NCBI GenBank assembly: GCA_964414295.1
Contig: CAYPVU010000046.1
Span: 2,767-66,766 of the forward strand
Reading direction: 5' to 3'
DNA length: 64,000 bases
DNA from: an uncultured Candidatus Saccharibacteria bacterium
GTDB taxonomy: Bacteria; Patescibacteriota; Dojkabacteria; J137
Under the pieces are notes generated by a model that saw only the letters and a program-made list of their open reading frames with translations, made no database searches and was not told where the DNA came from. Of this stretch, positions 1 to 8,537 are shown one piece after another; within the stretch, counting starts at the first letter, position 1, and the number at the start of each line of letters is the position of its first letter. A program made the translations under genes and the position numbers.

Positions 1-2
1 AA

Positions 3-659
3 GATCATTTAACTATTATAAGTTCTCCTTTAAATCCTACTGGTGTTAATAAAGCAGTTTGGGATTTTGCAACAAAGAGAGGTAACTTAGAATATGATAC
101 TGTAGATGATGGTTTTGGTAACAAGAAAAAAGTATTTAAATCTTATACTCCTAACCATAAAAATGAATATGTTATTGTAATAACTGATCATGTTAGTTTA
201 TCTATAAATGAACAAGGATTTAATGATAAACAAAATATTGATAAGTATACTGAATATACAAATTATTGGAGAAATAATTTTGGGTACATTCCTGTAGTTA
301 TACAACAGTTTGCAGCAGATACATTATCTGTTGAAAGATTTAAAGCAGGTAAAACTGAACCAGATTTAAACTCCTTTGGTGATAGTAAAGCTTCTGTTAG
401 AAACTTTAATTATGTATTAACTTTATATAATCCTATGAAATTTGAGATGTTTGATCACAGAGGTTATAACATAGGTGTTTTAAGAGATTATTATAGATAT
501 TTATCTGTATTAAAATCTAGAGATGGTGCAGCTAATATAGGTAAAGGGTTACTCTTTTTAGGTGATGTAGGCTACATAAAAGAGTTACCTAAAGCAGAAG
601 ACTTTAAAAAGAACCCTGATATGTATAAACAGTTTAAGGCTAAATATGTTGATAAATAG
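3..659 (+). CDS. DnaB-like replicative helicase, C-terminal fragment; 5' end lies outside the window. The first in-window Met is at 435
   Basis: Frame 3 is open from base 3 to the stop at 659. The translation ...YIPVVIQQFAADTLSVERFKAGKTEPDLNSFGDSKASVRNFNYVLTLYNP resembles the DnaB H4/C-terminal region (ipvv..sQl.R..e.R..krP.lsDLreSG.iEqdAD.v..lyR). Confidence 0.4.
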   Translation, partial: DHLTIISSPLNPTGVNKAVWDFATKRGNLEYDTVDDGFGNKKKVFKSYTPNHKNEYVIVITDHVSLSINEQGFNDKQNIDKYTEYTNYWRNNFGYIPVVIQQFAADTLSVERFKAGKTEPDLNSFGDSKASVRNFNYVLTLYNPMKFEMFDHRGYNIGVLRDYYRYLSVLKSRDGAANIGKGLLFLGDVGYIKELPKAEDFKKNPDMYKQFKAKYVDK

Positions 660-687
660 TGTTGATTAATAATGTAGAAAGATAAAA

Positions 688-1371
688 ATGGCAAGTGGAG
701 TATTAATAGTAGGACCTTCTGGTAGTGGTAAATCTACCTCTATTAGAAATTTAGATCCTAAAGAAACATTTATTATTAATGTATTGAATAAAGACTTACC
801 TTTTAAAGGTTGGTCTAAAAATTATTCAGAATTTAATAAAGAAAATCCTAAAGGTAATATATTATTTAGTAATAATTTTACTACAATAGCTAATGCTATT
901 AAATATATTAATGAAAGTAGACCTGAAATCAAAAATATAGTTATTGATGACTTTCAAGCTACTATGGGATTAGAATACGCTAGACGTGTAAAAGAAGCAG
1001 GATTTGGTAAATTTCAAGATATTCTTTCAGGAGTATCTGCAATTATCAATGCTATTAAAGATGCTTCTAGAAAAGACCTTATAGTATATTTAATGAGTCA
1101 TCCTGAAACTGAAGTAGATGCTAATGGTAATAAGATTACTAAAGCAAAAACTGTAGGTAAAGGTGTAGACCAATATATTACTATAGAGGGTATGTTTACA
1201 ATAGTATTATATACTGCTAGTAGAAAGAAAGATAAAGAAGTAGATTATTTCTTTACTACTCAAACTGATGGTAGTAATACTGCAAAATCTCCAATGGAGA
1301 TGTTTTCAACTTATGAAATTCCTAATGATTTAAATATTGTTAGGAAAGCGATAATAGAATATTATTCGTAA
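688..1371 (+). CDS. P-loop NTPase, Sak4/RecA-like recombination ATPase candidate
   Basis: Walker A VLIVGPSGSGKST near the N-terminus and a hydrophobic-DD Walker B (IVIDDFQ). The ~230-aa size is typical of phage Sak4. Confidence 0.55.
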   Translation: MASGVLIVGPSGSGKSTSIRNLDPKETFIINVLNKDLPFKGWSKNYSEFNKENPKGNILFSNNFTTIANAIKYINESRPEIKNIVIDDFQATMGLEYARRVKEAGFGKFQDILSGVSAIINAIKDASRKDLIVYLMSHPETEVDANGNKITKAKTVGKGVDQYITIEGMFTIVLYTASRKKDKEVDYFFTTQTDGSNTAKSPMEMFSTYEIPNDLNIVRKAIIEYYS

Positions 1372-1414
1372 GCTTAGAGAGATAGTTTTTAGTTAATTAA
1401 TTTAAAATTTTATT

Positions 1415-1990
1415 ATGAGTAACGTACAATTTAATTTTAGCAACGCTGAAGAGATTAAAGTAAATGAGAGTAAATCTAAAAGAATTAAACCTGGTATTTA
1501 TCAAGTTGAAATTACTGGAATAAAAGTAGGACAAACTTCTACAGGATTACCTAGATTAGAAGTAGGTTTTATTACTCCTGAAGGAGAAACTCACACAGAA
1601 AACTTTAGTTTAAATTCTAAAGTAAATCCTGGTAAAACTAAATCAGGAATGGATATCACAATGTCTAAAATTAAGCATATTGGTTCTAAAGTAGTAACTG
1701 AAGAACAATTAAATAATGCTCAAACACCAGAACAATTAAACGCTTTACTTACAGGTAAAAAACTTCGTATGAAGTTTTGTGGTGAAGAGTTTATTGGTCA
1801 GAATGGAAAAGCAGTTAAAACTGTAATTGGTGGTGGAGTATTTGCAGAGTCTTTAGAAGTACCTCAAGATTCTACAATTTTGAAATTTGATCCAAATAAT
1901 GTATATGATATTAAACGTATTCCTACAGAAGAAGCTGCTGATAGTTCTATACCATCTAGTACTTCTAAATCTGATGAATTACCGTTTTAA
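1415..1990 (+). CDS. hypothetical protein (possible ssDNA-binding/OB-fold partner of the ATPase)
   Basis: Intact 191-aa ORF with a good ATG, sitting between the recombination ATPase and the primase. No diagnostic motif seen. Confidence 0.3.
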   Translation: MSNVQFNFSNAEEIKVNESKSKRIKPGIYQVEITGIKVGQTSTGLPRLEVGFITPEGETHTENFSLNSKVNPGKTKSGMDITMSKIKHIGSKVVTEEQLNNAQTPEQLNALLTGKKLRMKFCGEEFIGQNGKAVKTVIGGGVFAESLEVPQDSTILKFDPNNVYDIKRIPTEEAADSSIPSSTSKSDELPF

Positions 1991-2001
1991 TTGATAAATA
2001 G

Positions 2002-3087
2002 TTGTTTTTAAATAATGTAGAGAGGGTTAATAGCCCTCTCTATTATTATTACAATGTGGATAACAATATAAAATTTGATTTTAAAAAAGTTAGACCTGTA
2101 GATTTAAATTTAGATTATATTTATAAACGGCTAACACAAAAACAAATTTTAGAGCATTTTTTAGATGATACAATAGAATTTAAAAAGTTTATATTATCTC
2201 CTTTAAGGAAGGAAAATAATCCTTCTTTTAGTTTTAAATTAACTCCAAAGAATGATATAATTTGGACTGATTGGGGAACTGGTGAAACTGGAGATACAAT
2301 AAAATTTATTGAAAAATTATATGGTTGTAATCATCAAAAAGCTCTTGAAATTATATATGATAAACTTTTAAACGAGAAAAATGAACTTTATATTATTTCT
2401 GATAATAGTTTACGTTCTTCACAAGTTTCTGATAGTGAAAACTACAGAAGAACAACAAGAAGATCCTCTATAATTATTAAAGATCAGTTATTTACAGCTG
2501 CTGATAAATCTTATTGGAATAGTTATAATATAAGTTTACAAACTCTTGTTAAATATGATGTTTATTCTGTTAAATATTTATGGTATGAAGGAAATTTAAT
2601 AAAAACCTATAGTTCTAATAATCCTATATATGCTTATAAATTTACTTATGATGGTAATACTACTTATAAGATATATATGCCTTTTGAAGCCAAATCTAAA
2701 AAATGGTTAAGTAATACTACTAAAAGAGATATTCAAGGATACTCCCAATTACCTGAGAAAGATACTCTTTTAATTATTACTAAATCATTAAAGGATGTAA
2801 TGGTTTTAAATGAATTAGGATATAGTGCTATTGCTCCGCAAGCTGAATCTATAAATGTTGAAGAAAAGTTTATAGATAAGTTGTATAATAGGTTTGATAA
2901 TATAATAGTTTTTTATGATAATGATATAACTGGAATGTATCAAGCTAAAAAACTAAAAAAACAACATAATTTACCTAATATACAAATACCTAAAGAAATA
3001 TATAATGTTAAAGATATTAGTGATTTTTGTAAAAAATATGGAATTTATGAAACAAGAGAGTTCTTAAAAAAATTATTAACTATATGA
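2002..3087 (+). CDS. DnaG-like DNA primase (TOPRIM domain)
   Basis: TOPRIM signature: LIITKSLKDVMVLNELGYSAIAP ... NIIVFYDNDITGMYQAKKL (E..G...A plus DxD..G). The start codon is uncertain (TTG at 2002 or GTG at 2056). Confidence 0.5.
   Translation: MFLNNVERVNSPLYYYYNVDNNIKFDFKKVRPVDLNLDYIYKRLTQKQILEHFLDDTIEFKKFILSPLRKENNPSFSFKLTPKNDIIWTDWGTGETGDTIKFIEKLYGCNHQKALEIIYDKLLNEKNELYIISDNSLRSSQVSDSENYRRTTRRSSIIIKDQLFTAADKSYWNSYNISLQTLVKYDVYSVKYLWYEGNLIKTYSSNNPIYAYKFTYDGNTTYKIYMPFEAKSKKWLSNTTKRDIQGYSQLPEKDTLLIITKSLKDVMVLNELGYSAIAPQAESINVEEKFIDKLYNRFDNIIVFYDNDITGMYQAKKLKKQHNLPNIQIPKEIYNVKDISDFCKKYGIYETREFLKKLLTI
2019..2041 (+). terminator. hairpin AGAGAGGG-7nt-CCCTCTCT followed by a T/A-rich run
   Basis: Perfect 8-bp inverted repeat directly downstream of the stop at 1990. 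It overlaps the nominal TTG start of the next ORF, which probably starts later (GTG at 2056). Confidence 0.3.
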
Positions 3088-3680
3088 TATTTACAACAAC
3101 TCCTTGTAAATATGAGATTTTACATCAAGTAGAGATAGATGATTATATAGAATATGTAACATTATCTAAAAAAAGAAGACCTAAGTATCATAGAAAAGGT
3201 AGTAATATACCTAAAAAGTATTTAGATACAACTAAATACAACTTTGATACTAAAGGTACTCTAGTAGATGTTAAGACTGGTGAGAAAGTTATAGCTAACC
3301 CTAAAGTAGCAAATAAACCAAGACTTAAAAAAATATCTGGACAAGATATTTGGGTAGGAATAGATCATCATCTAAGAAGTAAAATAGCTAAAGAAGTAAA
3401 AAGTTACTTTAAAATAGCTTTTAAAAATATAAAACCTTTACAAGCTAAAGATTATCCTATAGGAGTTTCTATTGACTTTTATAAACCAATTGGTGAAGGA
3501 GATTATGATCTTGATAATTTAGTATTGATTTATAGAAAATGTTGTCACGATGCTTTAAAAGGAATTATTGAAGATGATACTGTTGCTTATCTTAGGTCTA
3601 TGCCTACAAATTTTATACCTATAAGCAATAATCAAAAAAGAAGAATGATTATTACTATATTTAAAATTGTATATTTATAA
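3084..3680 (+). CDS. RusA-like Holliday junction resolvase (tentative)
   Basis: Segment YPIGVSIDFYKPIGEGDYDLDNLVLIYRKCCHDALKGIIEDDTVAY matches the RusA D-x-D-N-L ... DD acidic catalytic pattern. Confidence 0.4.
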   Translation: MIFTTTPCKYEILHQVEIDDYIEYVTLSKKRRPKYHRKGSNIPKKYLDTTKYNFDTKGTLVDVKTGEKVIANPKVANKPRLKKISGQDIWVGIDHHLRSKIAKEVKSYFKIAFKNIKPLQAKDYPIGVSIDFYKPIGEGDYDLDNLVLIYRKCCHDALKGIIEDDTVAYLRSMPTNFIPISNNQKRRMIITIFKIVYL

Positions 3681-3695
3681 TTTAAAAAATAAATA

Positions 3696-4031
3696 ATGGT
3701 ACAAAATAAACAAATAATTTATACAGAAGAATTTGTTAATTTAGTTAGAGAAACTTTCAAAGATACTCCAGGAATAATATCTATGGCAGAAACTGGAGAT
3801 TATGCAATAGGAGAAATATTAGATGAATTAAGTGATCATCAAATAACTCCTGAGAATATTATTGATGCTTTTGATAGTCCCGATAGTTGGAGATCTATGC
3901 ATGATTTATATGTAACTGCTAGAAGAATGAAAAATGTTAATTTGCTACATGGAATGTGGTTAGAAAGAATTAGTGAAGTAGAAAATGCAACAGATAGAAC
4001 AATATCAGCTACAAAAGAAGGAAAAACCTAA
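3696..4031 (+). CDS. hypothetical protein
   Basis: 111-aa ORF. Its 47-nt overlap with the next gene suggests coupled translation. Confidence 0.3.
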   Translation: MVQNKQIIYTEEFVNLVRETFKDTPGIISMAETGDYAIGEILDELSDHQITPENIIDAFDSPDSWRSMHDLYVTARRMKNVNLLHGMWLERISEVENATDRTISATKEGKT

Positions 4032-4974
4032 TAGTGAAGTAGATTATTTTAACGTAAAAGCAATAAGTAATAGTAGTTTAGGATGGTATCTTAAAAGTCC
4101 TAGATATTATCAATTGAAAATAAATCAAGAAATAAAAGAAGATGATCAAAGTTATTTTGATTTAGGTTCTGCTATTCATTGTTATATATTAGAAAACAAT
4201 ATATTTAATGATAAGTATATAATATCCTATGTTAAACCTATAGAGGGTTTAATGGGTAAATTTATATCTTATTATGCTAAATATGACAATTTAGAAGAGG
4301 CTTATCACTATTCTGAATTTAAATATCCTTTAGATAGAGTATTAGAGTCTTTTAAAGAAGATAAGAATCAAAATTATTATAATTTTATTAAACAATCTCA
4401 AAATAAAACTATTATTTCTAAAGATGATTTTAAAACAATTGAGAATATTTATAATGGAGTAGTAGTTCACAAAAAAGCTTCAAAATTATTAATATCTACT
4501 AGTTCTTTACCTGAGTTAGGTTTCTTAGATGAATCTGAAGTTTTTACAGAACATGAAATATACTTTCAGTATATGAATAGTTTTTGTAAAGCTAAGTTAG
4601 ATAGATTTATCGTAAATCATACTAAAAAAGAAATAATATTAGTAGACTTAAAAACTACATCTAAATCTGTTTATGATTTTAGTAAAGCTTTCCTATCATA
4701 TGCTTATGATAGACAATTGGCTTTTTATAATTTAGCCTTATTATCAATATACCCAGACTATAAGATAACAAGTTACATAGTAGCTTGTCAAACATCATTT
4801 TTAAATGAAGTTATTTGTTATAAGATATCTGAAGAACAAATTTCTAATGGTTTAAATAGAGTTAATGATATTATATCTAAAATAGAAAAACACAATCTTT
4901 TCTATTTTGATTATCCTTTAGAGTACTTTGAAGGTGATGGTAGTGTAGAACTGATAATAGATAGTAATGGTTAA
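3985..4974 (+). CDS. PD-(D/E)XK family nuclease (Cas4/RecB-like phage exonuclease)
   Basis: N-terminal ISNSSLGWYLKSPRYY, motif ILVDLKTTSK (D-x-K), and YDRQLAFY (QxxxY) in the C-terminal third. Confidence 0.5.
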   Translation: MQQIEQYQLQKKEKPNSEVDYFNVKAISNSSLGWYLKSPRYYQLKINQEIKEDDQSYFDLGSAIHCYILENNIFNDKYIISYVKPIEGLMGKFISYYAKYDNLEEAYHYSEFKYPLDRVLESFKEDKNQNYYNFIKQSQNKTIISKDDFKTIENIYNGVVVHKKASKLLISTSSLPELGFLDESEVFTEHEIYFQYMNSFCKAKLDRFIVNHTKKEIILVDLKTTSKSVYDFSKAFLSYAYDRQLAFYNLALLSIYPDYKITSYIVACQTSFLNEVICYKISEEQISNGLNRVNDIISKIEKHNLFYFDYPLEYFEGDGSVELIIDSNG

Positions 4975-5512
4975 AAGTAAAAAGAAAGATGAAATAGCTT
5001 TAACTAAATCTACAACATTCATAAGACCTATGTTAGGTTACGATGTTCTTTTTTATGGAGATACTCACTGTAACTGTTATTTAAACTTAGATGGTGTAAA
5101 TGAAGGTTTTAGTTTAGTATTTAATAAAGAAAGATTAAAACTTTATGAATATATACCTAAAGAGTTTAGTAAACATCCGTTACTTAGAAATACATATGAT
5201 TTAGAAGATTATATGATATTTGAGTTTGATATACCAGATCAATATGTAGAAGATTTTTATCTATTTATAGATGGTAAATACTCTAAAATGAGTGATGATT
5301 ATAAAGAAGAAATTTTAGCTTTACATATGAGTAATCCTAAAATCTATGAAAAGTTAGAAGTTATATTATATCCTAGTAAAAAAGATATTAAAAAACTAGC
5401 TGACTTTTTAGATGTAGAATTACCTAAAGATGCTGAAGTTTTTGATAAAATAGATCTTAAAAAAGAATTGTTTGATTTAGATAATTTTAAAAATGATGAA
5501 AGAAACTCCTAG
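4967..5512 (+). CDS. hypothetical protein
   Basis: 181-aa ORF, tightly packed in the operon. Confidence 0.35.
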   Translation: MVKSKKKDEIALTKSTTFIRPMLGYDVLFYGDTHCNCYLNLDGVNEGFSLVFNKERLKLYEYIPKEFSKHPLLRNTYDLEDYMIFEFDIPDQYVEDFYLFIDGKYSKMSDDYKEEILALHMSNPKIYEKLEVILYPSKKDIKKLADFLDVELPKDAEVFDKIDLKKELFDLDNFKNDERNS

Positions 5513-5789
5513 TGAAAATTTAAAAATTGAAAGTTCTGATGGTAGAGTTCATGAATTTGAGCCAATTGGAGCTAACTCAATAAGACTATTTGGTGAACAA
5601 GTAGTAGTAGAGTATATTAGATATACTGATAACGATGAGAATATTAAAACCTTAAAATTAAAAGGTATTAAAGAGTTTAATATTGGTGATGATGCTGATA
5701 ATAATAGTGTTATAGTATCTATAATAGAAGATAAACACTCTGGAAAACCTAATAGTTTTATTTTTAATCGTGAAAAAAAGTCTAACTGA
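5493..5789 (+). CDS. hypothetical protein
   Basis: 98-aa ORF overlapping both neighbours by 20 nt. Confidence 0.3.
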   Translation: MMKETPSENLKIESSDGRVHEFEPIGANSIRLFGEQVVVEYIRYTDNDENIKTLKLKGIKEFNIGDDADNNSVIVSIIEDKHSGKPNSFIFNREKKSN

Positions 5790-6165
5790 AGAGAAGATTG
5801 GAATAAAGAAAATGGATATTAAAACTTATCAAGAAGAAGCTAGAAGAACAACAGCTCCGTTAGAATCTGAATTAATGAACTCTCTTCATTATATATCAGG
5901 TATAGTAACGGAAGCTGGTGAGCTTCTAGATGTATTGAAAAAAAACATAGCTTACGGGAAACCAATAGACTATGTAAATATGAAAGAGGAAGTTGGAGAT
6001 CTTATGTGGTATATTATTAATCTATGTGATCTTTATAATTGGAACATAGAAGAAATAATGGAAACTAACATAAATAAGTTAAAAATAAGATATCCTGAGA
6101 AATTTAATAGTGAAAAAGCTATTAATAGAGATTTAAGTGCTGAAAGAGCAGAATTAGAAAAGTAA
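5770..6165 (+). CDS. mazG: MazG-like nucleoside triphosphate pyrophosphohydrolase
   Basis: EAGELLD ... EEVGDLMWYIINLCDLYNWNIEEIMETNINKLKIRYPEKF is the canonical MazG E-x-x-E / E-x-x-D metal-binding helix pair plus the KL..RYP tail. Confidence 0.7.
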   Translation: MKKSLTEEKIGIKKMDIKTYQEEARRTTAPLESELMNSLHYISGIVTEAGELLDVLKKNIAYGKPIDYVNMKEEVGDLMWYIINLCDLYNWNIEEIMETNINKLKIRYPEKFNSEKAINRDLSAERAELEK

Positions 6166-6183
6166 CAATTAAAATTAAATAAA

Positions 6184-6429
6184 ATGAGAACTACAGCTAA
6201 AAAAAGTACTACTATTAACAAACGTGTTAATACTACTAAAGCTAAACGTAATTTACCTACAGGTATTTATTCTAGAGGAAATGGTACTTATAGAGTAATG
6301 GTTTGGGCAAATAATAAATTAAACTATTTAGGAACTTTTACAAGTTTAAATAAAGCTAAACTCGCAAAGAGTGAATGGAAAGGTGCTCCTAAAAATGGTA
6401 GAAGAAAAACAAAAACAAGTAGAAAATAA
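6184..6429 (+). CDS. AP2-domain DNA-binding protein
   Basis: LPTGIYSRGNGTYRVMVWANNKLNYLGTFTSLNKAKLA matches the AP2 beta-sheet/helix pattern (GV.....g.w.a.i....k...LG.F.t.eeAa.A). Confidence 0.45.
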   Translation: MRTTAKKSTTINKRVNTTKAKRNLPTGIYSRGNGTYRVMVWANNKLNYLGTFTSLNKAKLAKSEWKGAPKNGRRKTKTSRK

Positions 6430-7213
6430 CTATAATCCTGAATTACAGGATTTTGTAAATGTGTCTAATAACTTATTAGAAGTTCTATCTTCTAATGATA
6501 AGTATGATTACAATCTTTTAAAAGATGCTATTCAAGAAACATATTTTGAATTTATTAAAAATAAGATAGCTGGTATTAAATATAAGGGTGAGTTTTATTT
6601 TAGAAACTATCTTAAAACTATAATAAAGAAAAAATATGTTAAGTTTATATTTAGAGTTGGTAAAAGAAACACTTCAGAAGATATTAATAAATCTCAAATA
6701 AATATTTTTAGTAAATATCATGATTTATTAGAATCTGAAGATGTTAATTTTGAAGAAACATTAAGTGATTATTTACATTTATTAGATGAAAATAATCCTG
6801 AAAAAGTTTTAATATTTAAAGAGTTTTCATCTTTTTTAGATGAAGATAAAAATAAAATATTAAAAAAGCTTTATGAAGGATATGATACCAATGAAATTAA
6901 AAACCTTTATAATATATCTTCTAACAAAGTAACTCGTTCAGCTATTAGTAGACAAAGGCTAAAATTTAAATCTCATTTTAATTTAGACGTTAAAACAGTT
7001 AAGACTAATACTTTGAGTTACAAAAGAAAAGATGTACAAGGATCATTAAATAAATGGTCTAAGTTATCTGATAAAGATGTTATATTTATTAAGAAATTAA
7101 TTAAACTTGGTTTATCTAATACTTTAATCGTAGAAAAGATTAATCATAAAGTTAATAGAAGTACTATAAACAGAATTAGAACTAATAAACTTTGGACACA
7201 TATAATAGTATAA
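6371..7213 (+). CDS. hypothetical protein, possible transcription regulator/sigma-like
   Basis: The C-terminal third has an HTH-like segment (YNISSNKVTRSAISRQRLKFK). The start is probably the internal Met at about 6395. Confidence 0.3.
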   Translation: MNGKVLLKMVEEKQKQVENNYNPELQDFVNVSNNLLEVLSSNDKYDYNLLKDAIQETYFEFIKNKIAGIKYKGEFYFRNYLKTIIKKKYVKFIFRVGKRNTSEDINKSQINIFSKYHDLLESEDVNFEETLSDYLHLLDENNPEKVLIFKEFSSFLDEDKNKILKKLYEGYDTNEIKNLYNISSNKVTRSAISRQRLKFKSHFNLDVKTVKTNTLSYKRKDVQGSLNKWSKLSDKDVIFIKKLIKLGLSNTLIVEKINHKVNRSTINRIRTNKLWTHIIV

Positions 7214-7260
7214 CTCTACTTATTCTAAAGATAAGAAGTTGTTAAACTAGTTTTGATAGG

Positions 7261-7290
7261 TATTATAGGGAGTTAATTCTCCCTATAATA
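7261..7290 (+). terminator. perfect 12-bp-stem hairpin TATTATAGGGAG-TTAATT-CTCCCTATAATA (terminator or operator)
   Basis: 30-nt perfect palindrome in the 116-nt gap after the 6371..7213 gene. Confidence 0.4.
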
Positions 7291-7329
7291 TTAAAAACCA
7301 TAGAGTTATAAAATTATAAAATGTAAATT

Positions 7330-8250
7330 ATGAAAAAATTATTAATATTATTATTCTTATTACCTTTGTTTAGTATTGCTCAACAACAAAATCATTATAT
7401 TCCTAAAGAGAATATAATAGAAGATTATATTAAAGTTGGTAGTTGTGGTTCACCAGATGGTCCAGTATTACAAATAGCTAGCCCTCCTGCTAACTATAAT
7501 CAATTATTAACCAATGGTTATTGTAATTATAGTTATCCTACTACAGCTACTTTTACAGCTTGTTTTACATTTGTATCACCTGGTACTAGTGTTAGCTTAA
7601 ATGCTGGTTATTCTGCTAGTTGTGCAACAGTAACATTTAGTGGATTTACTTTATATAACAGTTCTTGTGCAGTAATAGGTACAGGATTGAATTTCAGTGG
7701 ATTAACACCTGGAGCTAGCTATACATGGTGCTTAACTATGAGAGCTAATGGAGGTCCTAGTTGTAACGGATTTACTACATTCTGTCCTTATTTCATGAAT
7801 ACTACTCCTTTACCAGTTAATCTAATAGAATATACTGCTAAAGTAGAAGATAGTATTGTTAAATTAGAATGGTTAACATTATCTGAAATTAATGCTGATT
7901 ACTATTATATTGAAAAAAGTACAGATTTAGTTAAAATTAGCTCATTAGAGCAACTTTCTGCTGCTGGTAATACTAATGTGCCAACTAAGTATAGAACGTT
8001 TGATTTAAAGCCTGAAAAAGGTATTAATTATTATACTTTAAAACAGGTTGATTTTGATGGTACAGTTTATGACTTAGGTACAAAAGCTGTGGTAATTAAA
8101 CATGAAATACATGAAAAGATTAACATTTATAATAGTAAAGGTCAATATATTGGTAATAGTTTAACTTCTGATTTATCACCTGGTTTGTACATAATTGAAA
8201 AAATATTTTTAAATGGTAATGTGGAAACAACTAAAATAATAATTAGATAA
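7330..8250 (+). CDS. secreted Cys-rich protein with a T9SS (Por) C-terminal sorting domain
   Basis: N-terminal signal peptide MKKLLILLFLLPLFSIAQQ. The C-terminus LEWLTLSEINADYYYIEKSTD...YYTLKQVDFDGTVYDLG...INIYNSKGQYIGNSLTSDLSPGLYIIEKIFLNGNVETTKIIIR fits the Flavobacteriia T9SS type-A CTD consensus. Confidence 0.65.
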   Translation: MKKLLILLFLLPLFSIAQQQNHYIPKENIIEDYIKVGSCGSPDGPVLQIASPPANYNQLLTNGYCNYSYPTTATFTACFTFVSPGTSVSLNAGYSASCATVTFSGFTLYNSSCAVIGTGLNFSGLTPGASYTWCLTMRANGGPSCNGFTTFCPYFMNTTPLPVNLIEYTAKVEDSIVKLEWLTLSEINADYYYIEKSTDLVKISSLEQLSAAGNTNVPTKYRTFDLKPEKGINYYTLKQVDFDGTVYDLGTKAVVIKHEIHEKINIYNSKGQYIGNSLTSDLSPGLYIIEKIFLNGNVETTKIIIR

Positions 8251-8435
8251 TGGCTGAAGAAAATATAAGAAAGATTGATCAATCTAAAATAGATAGATTG
8301 GAGGTTATTAATCATGCTTCAAATGATAAACCTATTGGTAGAATTTTAACTTTATATAAAGAATTAGGAGATTTTAATAGTATTGAGTTAGCAGTGCAAG
8401 ATAACGGTAAAACTATTAAAATATTTTTAGATTAA
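8250..8435 (+). CDS. hypothetical protein
   Basis: 61-aa ORF, ATGA-overlapped with the upstream gene. Confidence 0.3.
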   Translation: MAEENIRKIDQSKIDRLEVINHASNDKPIGRILTLYKELGDFNSIELAVQDNGKTIKIFLD

Positions 8436-8510
8436 CAAATTAAATTAATTATTAACATGAAGAAGATTTAAGAAAAATTACAATAAAATGAAAAATTGAG
8501 AAAGCAAAAA

Positions 8511-8537
8511 AGGGAGCTTAACTGCTCCCTCTTTTTA
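8511..8537. terminator. bidirectional rho-independent terminator between convergent operons
   Basis: AGGGAGC-TTAACT-GCTCCCT hairpin with an A-run upstream and a T-run (CTTTTTATTTTTT) downstream. It sits between the + gene ending at 8435 and the - gene ending at 8535. Confidence 0.5.

Noticed and set aside
6033-6221. 62-aa hydrophobic ORF antisense to mazG
   Set aside because: It lies entirely within a confidently assigned MazG CDS. It is a hydrophobic low-complexity antisense artefact.
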